Assembly: GCA_963841735.1 (NCBI GenBank)
Contig: CAWJDT010000004.1
Location: 64,001 to 128,000 of the forward strand
Reading direction: 5' to 3'
Source: an uncultured Actinomycetes bacterium
GTDB lineage: Bacteria > Actinomycetota > Thermoleophilia > RBG-16-64-13
DNA length: 64,000 nt
Shown: positions 1 to 7,367 of the stretch, piece by piece
How the letters are laid out: the number at the start of each line of letters is the position of its first letter
How positions within the stretch are numbered: position 1 is the first letter of the stretch
Program-made: the position numbers and the translations under genes
The notes under the pieces: model-generated
Database searches by the model: none
Seen by the model: the letters and a program-made list of their open reading frames with translations, nothing else
Told to the model about the DNA's origin: nothing

Positions 1-1
1 G

Positions 2-1045
2 AGCGAGTTGCGGGCCGACTCGCGCATCACCCATGTAGAAGACAGCCAAGACGCCGACATCATGGTCATCGCTCCGGCGACGGCCAACACTCTGGCCAAG
101 ATGGCCAACGGCATAGCCGACAACCTGCTCACTTCGATGTTTCTTGCCTTCGGCAAGACCGTGGTGGTGGCGCCGGCTATGAACACCAACATGTGGGAGC
201 ACCTCGCCACCCAGAGCAACGTCGCCGTGCTCCGTGATCGCGGAGTCTTCGTCGTCGAGCCGGGAGCGGGGGAGTTGGCTTGCGGTGACTACGGGTCCGG
301 CCGCATGGCCGAGCCCAATAGCATCGTGGCCGAGGTGAAGCTGCGGCTCCAGGTGCAGCGCAAGCGCGACCTGCGCGGACTCCGGGTTTTGATTACCGCC
401 GGGGGAACCAGGGAGCCCATCGACGCGGTGCGCTTCATCGGCAACCGTAGCTCTGGCAAGATGGGGTTCGCTTTGGCGCGGGCGGCGTTCGACCGAGGGG
501 CGGAGGTGGTCTTGGTGGAGGCCAACGTCGATATGCCTGCCGTGCCAGGAGTGCGCGAGATCGAAGCGCCCACCGCCGGGGAGATGCATGCTGAGGTTAT
601 GAAGCGCTTTCCCGACACCGACATCCTCATCATGGCCGCGGCCGTGGCCGACTATAGGGTGGCTGACGGGCCGGCGGGCGGCAAGATCGGCAAGGGCCGG
701 GACGAGTGGGCCATCGACCTGCAGGCCACTCCCGACATCCTGTGTGATGTGTCCGCCAACAAGGACGACCAGTTCCTGGTGGGCTTTGCAGCTGAGTATG
801 GTCTGGAGAATCTGTCCCGCGCGCGGGACAAGATGGAGCGGAAGTCGCTCGACATGATCGTGTTCAACGACATCTCGCGAAGCGACATCGGTTTTGATTC
901 CGATTTCAACGAAGTGCGCATCCTCGGCCGCGACTCTGAGGTCGTGCTGGACAAGGCACCGAAAGAGACCATCGCCGAGCTTATCTTGGACAACATCGCC
1001 CAGGCCGCCAGGGCGCGGCTCGGGGGAGCGCCTGTTCCGGCGTAG
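2..1045 (+). CDS. coaBC: Bifunctional phosphopantothenoylcysteine decarboxylase/ligase, 5'-truncated by the window edge
   Basis: IAPATANTLAKMANGIADNLL, APAMNTNMW, LACGDYGSGRM, TAGGTREPIDAVRFIGNRSSGKMG, VGFAAE motifs; frame is open from the window start. Confidence 0.96.
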   Translation, partial: SELRADSRITHVEDSQDADIMVIAPATANTLAKMANGIADNLLTSMFLAFGKTVVVAPAMNTNMWEHLATQSNVAVLRDRGVFVVEPGAGELACGDYGSGRMAEPNSIVAEVKLRLQVQRKRDLRGLRVLITAGGTREPIDAVRFIGNRSSGKMGFALARAAFDRGAEVVLVEANVDMPAVPGVREIEAPTAGEMHAEVMKRFPDTDILIMAAAVADYRVADGPAGGKIGKGRDEWAIDLQATPDILCDVSANKDDQFLVGFAAEYGLENLSRARDKMERKSLDMIVFNDISRSDIGFDSDFNEVRILGRDSEVVLDKAPKETIAELILDNIAQAARARLGGAPVPA

Positions 1046-1055
1046 TCCCATGACT

Positions 1056-2144
1056 TCATGGTTCGGCTAGTCGCGCAGACTCGATGAACAATGCGCTGGT
1101 CCACGACCCGCCGTCCTCGTCACCCCAGAAGGCAAGAATCTTCAGCTTGACACGGTACTCGTATATGGCTGGGCGATTGGAGCCTTGCGCGTACTCGGCC
1201 ACCTGTACGAGCGCGGTCAACTCGTACGTCGCGGACATGTCGGACACCCCGGTGGGATAGTCTGGGAGTTCCACATGCCAGATCGAGTAGGAATCGAGTT
1301 TGCCGGCGCTGCGTTTTGCTTTGAGGTCGGCGATGATGTTGCGGGCTTCGGGAGTGAAGTAGTAAGAGAGGCTATTGGCCTCCGTATCGGCGATCACCAT
1401 TCGGTAGACTTCGCTGACGTCCGAAGTGACCCACGACATGTCGCGCACGGCGTTCTGGATCGCTTGTTGGTGCACGCGCTCCGTCTCGTCCCTGTCACGA
1501 AACCATGTTGTTGACACGGCGCCGTACGCGAGATAGCCGACGAATAACAGGATGAGCGCGGCTCTGATCGCCCAGGCGACGCGCGCCAGCCCCCGGCGGG
1601 ATGCTCCAGGTATGTCATGGTTGCGAACGACCCTGGCGTTGTCGCCAACCTGGACGCGACGCAGGTCAGTTACATACATGCCGGTTGTCAGATGTCCACG
1701 CTTGTTGCGCGCTCTTGACCACCACCAGACAGAAGCGGCCAGCACGGCGGCCAGGTAGAACGAGCCGAAGATCCTCCAGTATATGCCCGGTGACTGGTCG
1801 AACCAGGAGGTAACGAGCAGAGGTACCAGGAAGAGTCCGAGTAGGAATAGCCACAGGGCAACATCTACGAGAAGAGCGGCAGATCTTTTCCACGCCGGCG
1901 CTTCGGGAAGCGACGACCCGCCGGCCAATACGCCCCGCTCCTGAAGAATCCGGGCAGCAAGCACTTCAGGAGTTCCAAAGCGTGCAAGTGCGAGGGCGTC
2001 GTCCCCACCGGCTTCTGCGATGGCCTTCGCCAAGTGGCCGCGGACTTCAGCCACTATCTCCGCGGCCTCTGCTGGGCCGAGGGCCTCCAAGCCTATCGAG
2101 AGTTGCCTGAAGTACCGGACCATCGGGTCTATCCGTTCAGTCAT
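1056..2144 (-). CDS. Membrane protein: N-terminal HAAS/DUF1700-like helical domain, RDD-like transmembrane region, extracytoplasmic C-terminal domain (paralogue B)
   Basis: ATG at 2144 follows GGGGAGG SD; YFRQLSIGLEALGPAEAAEIVAEVRGHL...RFGTPEVLAARIL is HAAS-like; APAWKRSAALLVD resembles an RDD start; three hydrophobic segments. Confidence 0.75.
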   Translation of the reverse strand: MTERIDPMVRYFRQLSIGLEALGPAEAAEIVAEVRGHLAKAIAEAGGDDALALARFGTPEVLAARILQERGVLAGGSSLPEAPAWKRSAALLVDVALWLFLLGLFLVPLLVTSWFDQSPGIYWRIFGSFYLAAVLAASVWWWSRARNKRGHLTTGMYVTDLRRVQVGDNARVVRNHDIPGASRRGLARVAWAIRAALILLFVGYLAYGAVSTTWFRDRDETERVHQQAIQNAVRDMSWVTSDVSEVYRMVIADTEANSLSYYFTPEARNIIADLKAKRSAGKLDSYSIWHVELPDYPTGVSDMSATYELTALVQVAEYAQGSNRPAIYEYRVKLKILAFWGDEDGGSWTSALFIESARLAEP

Positions 2145-2163
2145 CGCGATCCTCCCCGTCCGA

Positions 2164-3237
2164 CTACTTGACCAGGTCCAGCGATTCGATGTGCCAACAG
2201 CCATCCCACTCGGCTGCTTCCCCCTCAGAGCCAGTGGAGTAGACAACTTGGTATCGGCATCGGACCGGCGCATTCGAGCCACGTGCGTACTCCAAAGCAC
2301 TGACCAGCATGACCACCCTGCACGGAGTGTTCGTCTTCCATACAGGGGAGGACGGCCAAGCAGATGGCGACACCGAGTCTATTTCGTATGAGTCCATCTT
2401 GCCCTGAGCGTGTCGAGCTAGGAGCGCGCGAGCGGCATCGCCCGCGGCGGGAGCGAACAAGCCCTGGATACTCGCGGGCTGCTCTCCGACCAGGACCATC
2501 TGGTAGATGTGGCTGACGAGCACGGCGGCGTCGGAGGTGTACTGAGCGACGGCTTCCTCCTGAACCATGTGGTCGCGCATGCCGAAACCCTCCCTCTGCA
2601 AGAAGAACGAGTGCGCGAAGCAGGCCAGGACCACAAGGACAAGCACCGCCGCGATCGTCGAGATGATGCGCCCTAGGACTCCTCGGGCCACTCCTGGGAT
2701 ATCTCGGGCGCGCACCATCCGGTTCGCCGGGCCCACGCGGATGCGGCGCAGGCCCATAATGCTGACGCCGGTGGTCAAGTGGCCGCTGCGGCGGCGTTGC
2801 CAAAACCACCATGCCACCCAGACGGCTGCCGCGACGCCCGCCAACGCGTAACGAGCGGCCGTCGGGCGGAAGACCAGCTCGCCTGAGTACCTGGGGAAGT
2901 ACATCGCAAGGTACACCAACAGGAAGAGGCCGGCGAGGCCAAAAGCGATGTCAATAGCCAACGCCGCCGTTCGCTTCCATGCGGGCGCCTCAGGGACTGT
3001 GGAGCCGCCCACCAGGACTCCGCGCTCTTCGAGGATACGTGTCGCCAGCACATGAGGATCGCCAAACCGAGCGAGGGCCACTATCTCGTCGCCGCCTGTT
3101 TCGGCGGTTGTCTCGGCGAGAAGGCTCCGGATTTCGGCAAGCACCTCCTTTGTCTCCGCGGGCCCAAGGGCCTCCAGACCCTCCGCTAGTCGAAGAAGGA
3201 AGCTCTCACCTTCGCTAAGTGTCTTGTCCACCGGCAT
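2164..3237 (-). CDS. Membrane protein, HAAS/DUF1700-like + RDD-like (paralogue A)
   Basis: Aligns along its length with 1056..2144 (GLEALGPAE, ALARFG.P.VLA.RIL.ERGVL.GG, PEAPAWKR, GHLTTG, DIPG, GK.DSY, EYA.GSN); GGAGGGGG SD; start may be GTG 3231. Confidence 0.75.
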   Translation of the reverse strand: MPVDKTLSEGESFLLRLAEGLEALGPAETKEVLAEIRSLLAETTAETGGDEIVALARFGDPHVLATRILEERGVLVGGSTVPEAPAWKRTAALAIDIAFGLAGLFLLVYLAMYFPRYSGELVFRPTAARYALAGVAAAVWVAWWFWQRRRSGHLTTGVSIMGLRRIRVGPANRMVRARDIPGVARGVLGRIISTIAAVLVLVVLACFAHSFFLQREGFGMRDHMVQEEAVAQYTSDAAVLVSHIYQMVLVGEQPASIQGLFAPAAGDAARALLARHAQGKMDSYEIDSVSPSAWPSSPVWKTNTPCRVVMLVSALEYARGSNAPVRCRYQVVYSTGSEGEAAEWDGCWHIESLDLVK

Positions 3238-3571
3238 TCTCCCCCTCCAAACGGCTCATCGACGCGACCAACACGTTCCACTCCCGGCGTCCGTTCTCCA
3301 GAAAGGCGGCTCCGGCGGCGCTGACTCTGTAGTATTTGCGCGGAGGGCCTACAGTCGCCTCGACCCAGCGCGACGTCAGCAGGCCATCCGCCTCAAGTCG
3401 CTTGAGCAAGGGGTAGACGGTACTCTCGCCGGCGACGAGTTGGCCGAGTGACAGCAGCTGCTTCACGATGGCGTAGCCGTGGAGCTCACCCCTGAGGGCA
3501 AGTAAGCGCAGGACGAGAAGCTCTATGACTCCCTTCCTGAGCTGCACGAGCCACTGATCGGTGCCGTCCAA
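3215..3571 (-). CDS. PadR-family transcriptional regulator
   Basis: QLRKGVIELLVL, HGYAIV, ESTVYPLLKRLEADGLL, GPPRKYYRVS motifs; TTG start at 3571 after GGGGGTG SD. Confidence 0.92.
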   Translation of the reverse strand: MDGTDQWLVQLRKGVIELLVLRLLALRGELHGYAIVKQLLSLGQLVAGESTVYPLLKRLEADGLLTSRWVEATVGPPRKYYRVSAAGAAFLENGRREWNVLVASMSRLEGENAGGQDT

Positions 3572-3598
3572 ATCACCCCCGACGCGTCGCACATTGGC

Positions 3599-3634
3599 TA
3601 CCACGTCATGCACAGTACCATGCTATGGGCGGTA
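3599..3634 (-). promoter_or_regulatory. Candidate PadR operator (two overlapping TAC-N13-GTA sites) covering an extended -10 (TGgTACTGT)
   Basis: + strand TACCACGTCATGCACAGTA (3599-3617) and TACCATGCTATGGGCGGTA (3616-3634), just upstream of padR. Confidence 0.45.
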
Positions 3635-3702
3635 GTGCTGGGAGGGTGCGTAGGAATTCAGGATTCCGTGGGAACAGCAACCTGCGCTCAGGGCAACGGT
3701 GC

Positions 3703-3737
3703 ATAAGGACAAGAGGCGCGCCTTGCGGCGCGCCTCT
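3703..3737 (-). terminator. Intrinsic terminator-like hairpin downstream of the RpoD-like sigma gene
   Basis: 11-bp perfect stem AGAGGCGCGCC/GGCGCGCCTCT with a GCAA loop on the - strand, followed by a weakly U-rich tail. Confidence 0.7.
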
Positions 3738-3792
3738 CGGTCTACTCGTTAGCAGCGCCTGTGGCGCCATGGGGTCTGTCGCCGCGGGGGGG

Positions 3793-4881
3793 CTAAGCCG
3801 TCTCCCGAAGCGCCTGGATCTCTTCAGCGGCCTTGATCTGCTCCAGAGCCTTCGCCTCGATCTGGCGGATGCGCTCCCGGCTTACGTTGAAACGCGAACT
3901 CACCTCGGCAAGGGTGCGAGGATGCTCGCCCTTCAGGCCGAATCGGAGCTCAACAACTTTGCGCTCGCGCTCGTCCATGGACTTGAGAACCCGGTCGAGA
4001 CTCTCCTTCGCCAGCCTGGTGGCGACCTCGTCGGCGGGGTCGGGCGTCTTCGAGTTCTCGATGAAATCGCCTAACTCGGCGTCTTCTTCGTCACCGATGG
4101 GAGTCTCGAGGGACGTAGTGCGCTGCGCGATCTTGCGCATCTCCTGCACTTCCTGAGGGTCGATACCCAGTTCGGCGGCGAGATCGTCGTCGTTGGGCTC
4201 GCGACCGGTCTCCTGCAGCAGTTTGCGCTCGGTGCGGACCATCTTGTTTATCTTCTCGATCATATGCACCGGTATGCGGATGTTGCGGTCCTGATTGGCA
4301 ATGGCCCGGGTGATGGCCTGACGGATCCACCAGGTGGCGTAGGTGGAGAACTTGTATCCCTTGCGGTAGTCGAACTTCTCCACGGCGCGGATGAGGCCTG
4401 TGTTGCCCTCTTGGATGAGGTCAAGGAGGTCCATGTCCTGGGTGTAGTAGTTTTTGGCGATAGAGATGACCAACCGCAGGTTTGACTGGATCATGCGATC
4501 TTTGGACCGCTTGTCGCCAGCCTCGATGCGCTTGGCCAGCTCGATCTCCTCGCTCTTGGAGAGGAGGGGGATCTCGCCGGCTTCCTTGAGGTACAGCCGC
4601 AATGGGTCATGAGTCACGGTCTGAATGGAGAGGTCGAGCGCAGGCTCGGTAGGCTCCAACACACCCTGGGTGACCGGGCTTTGTTCGTAGATCTCGATGG
4701 ATTGGTCGAAGAGTTGGGAGTAGAGGTCTTCGATCTCCTCCATGGCCATGTCGTATTCTTCGACCAGCGCCATGATCTCGTCACTGGTGACGTATCCGCG
4801 CTCCTGGCCGACCTGAAGAAGATCCTGCACGTCCACGATAGTGCGGACGTCGATGGTGGGGATGTCACTTTCCCTTTGCAC
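3793..4881 (-). CDS. RpoD/SigA-family sigma-70 factor, divergent paralogue (group 2-like) that retains a region 1.1
   Basis: [56 protein letters not shown]; no neighbouring dnaG; several canonical SigA residues are changed. Confidence 0.93.
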   Translation of the reverse strand: [362 protein letters not shown]

Positions 4882-4950
4882 TGTCTTCTGCTATCCTAAC
4901 GGTAGATTTAGCATTCCTCTTGCGAACCGTCGCATACCACAAACCGCAAT

Positions 4951-4979
4951 ATTATACTCTGCGGTTGGTTACCCGTCAA
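4951..4979 (-). promoter_or_regulatory. Sigma-70 promoter P1 of the RpoD paralogue (TTGACG-N17-TATAAT); its -10 is enclosed by the inverted repeat AACCGCA-N11-TGCGGTT
   Basis: - strand reads attgacgggtaaccaaccgcagagtataat; repeat arms at 4942-4948 and 4960-4966. Confidence 0.8.
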
Positions 4980-5006
4980 TAACACGTTTCAAACCATACT
5001 CTAATT

Positions 5007-5035
5007 ATTGTACCGAACAAACGTTCGTGACACAA
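5007..5035 (-). promoter_or_regulatory. Sigma-70 promoter P2 (TTGTGT-N17-TACAAT) of the RpoD paralogue
   Basis: - strand ttgtgt-cacgaacgtttgttcgg-tacaat, with 17-nt spacing. Confidence 0.65.
5014..5027. promoter_or_regulatory. LexA operator (SOS/Cheo box) CGAAC-AAAC-GTTCG
   Basis: Exact match to the Firmicutes/Actinobacteria consensus CGAACRNRYGTTCG, lying inside the P2 spacer in an intergenic AT-rich region. Confidence 0.8.
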
Positions 5036-5203
5036 TACCTGTGATGTCCTCCTTACGCTCCCTTTACGGACGGCGGCCCAAGTAGCCTGGTTCCGGTCGG
5101 TCGAAGTCGTTGCAGCGTTGAGCACTCGTCCTTCCCGCGACCGCCAATGTGTGAGACATTCTTGCTGCCGCTGTCCACTGGACGATGTGCATGAGGAGTC
5201 ATC

Positions 5204-6253
5204 GTGGAAGAGAATGAAGAGCGCCAAATTACGAGCGACGTACCGGTGACGCTTGCTCTTGATGCCGAAGGAGGCGACGACGCCCCTAATGAGATCGTAG
5301 CCGGCGGGTTGCTGGCGGCGTCACCCAGTCTCAAGGTGCTTCTGGTCGGGCGGCCAGAAGTCATCGAACCGCTGCTGGTTGGGGCCGATCGCAGCAATGT
5401 GGAGATAGTCGCCAGTAGCTCTGTCATCGACTGTCATCTTGAGTCCGCCTCCGCGGTAAAGAACATGCCGGATTCATCTATCGTGGTCGGAGCGCGCACG
5501 GTCGCGGACGGCCGGTCGCAGGGGTTTGTCTCGGCCGGGAGCACCGGGGCGATGCTTGCGGCGGCTCTGCTGGTTGTCAAGCGGGCCGGGAGTATCAGAC
5601 GCCCGGCTATTGTCACGACCCTTCCCGGCACTGGCGGACCGCTGGTGTTCCTGGATGCTGGGGCCAACGCAGATTGCCGGCCTGAGCATTTGCTTGAGTT
5701 CGGGGTCCTGGGCACCGCGTTCGCCCGCACGGTGTTGGGGATGAGCGAACCGCGCCTAGGTTTGCTCAATATCGGAGAGGAGCGGAACAAGGGCAGTGAG
5801 CTCGCCCGCGCTGCCTACGACTTGCTGGCCGCGTCGAATCTCAACTTCGTGGGCAACATAGAGGGCCGTGATCTACTGAAGGGCACCGCGGATGTGGTGG
5901 TCACCGACGGCTTCACCGGCAACGTGACTCTCAAACTGCTCGAAGGATGCTCCTCCGTGCTTTTGGGACGAGTCAAAGAGGCTGCGAACAGTGGCCTGCG
6001 GGCCAAACTTGGCGGCTTTCTCTTGCGCCCGGCCCTCCGCGGGGTACGTGAGGGCCTTGACCCGGAGAAGTACGGGGGCACGTATCTCTTGGGGGTACGT
6101 GGTCTGGTTGTGATCTGCCACGGCAATTCATCGCGTCACGCCATCGCCAATGCTCTGCGCTTCGGAGCGGAGGCGCTGCGGAAGGGTGTCTTGCCGGGAG
6201 TGGAACGGGAACTGGCTCGGCTTAGCGGCGAGGAAACCCCTGCTGCTACTTGA
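5204..6253 (+). CDS. plsX: Phosphate acyltransferase PlsX
   Basis: LALDAEGGDDAP, VSAGSTGA, LDAGANAD, LLNIGEERNKG, FVGNIEG, DVVVTDGFTGNV, CHGNS. Confidence 0.96.
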   Translation: MEENEERQITSDVPVTLALDAEGGDDAPNEIVAGGLLAASPSLKVLLVGRPEVIEPLLVGADRSNVEIVASSSVIDCHLESASAVKNMPDSSIVVGARTVADGRSQGFVSAGSTGAMLAAALLVVKRAGSIRRPAIVTTLPGTGGPLVFLDAGANADCRPEHLLEFGVLGTAFARTVLGMSEPRLGLLNIGEERNKGSELARAAYDLLAASNLNFVGNIEGRDLLKGTADVVVTDGFTGNVTLKLLEGCSSVLLGRVKEAANSGLRAKLGGFLLRPALRGVREGLDPEKYGGTYLLGVRGLVVICHGNSSRHAIANALRFGAEALRKGVLPGVERELARLSGEETPAAT

Positions 6254-6327
6254 CCGCCATTGGTACAATATCGCGGCGTACAGCGTATGCACGATGATCG
6301 TCCATAAGAACTGGTAAGGAGTAGCAG

Positions 6328-6567
6328 ATGAGCAAAGACGAGATCCTCGCTAAGGTGCGTGACATCCTGGTCGATCAGCTGGGCGTGGATGCCAATGACG
6401 TCACGCTGGAAGCTTCGTTTCAGGATGACCTCAATGCCGACAGCCTGGACCTGGTAGAGCTCATAATGGAGCTTGAAGACCAGTTTGGCGTCAAGATCAG
6501 CGATGAAGAGGCTCAGACTCTCACGACTGTGGGCGCGGCGGTCGATTTCATCGCCGTCCGCGTATAG
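6328..6567 (+). CDS. acpP: Acyl carrier protein
   Basis: [18 protein letters not shown] phosphopantetheine site; AAGGAG SD; TGgTACAAT extended -10 at 6261-6269. Confidence 0.97.
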   Translation: MSKDEILAKVRDILVDQLGVDANDVTLEASFQDDLNADSLDLVELIMELEDQFGVKISDEEAQTLTTVGAAVDFIAVRV

Positions 6568-6697
6568 CGTTCGCCTGCGACACGGGATGGGGCTGCTTGG
6601 ACTGTCGGCGTTGGTGCGAGCAGTGCCTGCCCGGTTGTTGCAGCGTCCCCTGCGCTCCGACAAGCGTGGCGACGGCTGCGGCGCGCCGGGGACTACC

Positions 6698-7366
6698 TTG
6701 CTGGAGTTGATCAGGGAGCTACCGTCAGATCTTCGCAAGAATGCGCTCACCCATTCGTCGTGGGTGGAGACTCGGAGCGAATCAAACGAACGCCTCGAGT
6801 TTCTCGGCGACAGTGTGCTGGGTCTTGCTATCGCGTCGACTCTTCACCGTCGCTATCCGGAGGGAGAAGAGGGCGACTTAGCGCGCCTAAAAGCGTTTGT
6901 GGTCAGCCGGGCGAGCTGCGCGCAGGTGGCAGAACGGCTTGACATAGCCGGGCTCATGACGCAGGAGGGAGCGGCGAGCGACCCCAGACGGGCGGCGGCT
7001 CTGCGGAACCGCACGATACTTGGGAACACTCTGGAAGCGCTGATCGGGGCGGCGTTCCTGAGCTACGGCTTCGAGCAGACCCGGTTGGCTGTGGTCGCAG
7101 CCTTCGAGGAGCAGATTGTTTACGCAGTCACCAGCTATGTGGACCACAAGACCGCTCTCCAGGAACGACTTGCCCCTCGGGGCTGCCATCCGGCCTATCG
7201 GCTGGTGGAGGAGTCCGGGCCGCCCCACGCACGCATGTTCACCTCCGAGGTGAATGCGATCGGGGGCGTGCGCGGTCGGGGCAGCGGTACCACGATAAAG
7301 GCGAGCGAACAGGCCGCAGCCAAGGAGGCACTTGCCTGCCTAAGCGACAGCTCTCCGGAGGGCTGA
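6698..7366 (+). CDS. rnc: Ribonuclease III
   Basis: ALTHSS, NERLEFLGDSVL signature, EALIGA, dsRBD KTALQE...GPPH; start uncertain (TTG 6698, alternatively ATG 6587). Confidence 0.94.
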   Translation: MLELIRELPSDLRKNALTHSSWVETRSESNERLEFLGDSVLGLAIASTLHRRYPEGEEGDLARLKAFVVSRASCAQVAERLDIAGLMTQEGAASDPRRAAALRNRTILGNTLEALIGAAFLSYGFEQTRLAVVAAFEEQIVYAVTSYVDHKTALQERLAPRGCHPAYRLVEESGPPHARMFTSEVNAIGGVRGRGSGTTIKASEQAAAKEALACLSDSSPEG

Positions 7367-7367
7367 C

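Noticed and set aside
2145-2300. N-terminal extension of the 1056..2300 ORF given in the ORF track
   Set aside because: It overlaps the upstream paralogue's 3' end; the SD and paralogue alignment place the start at 2144
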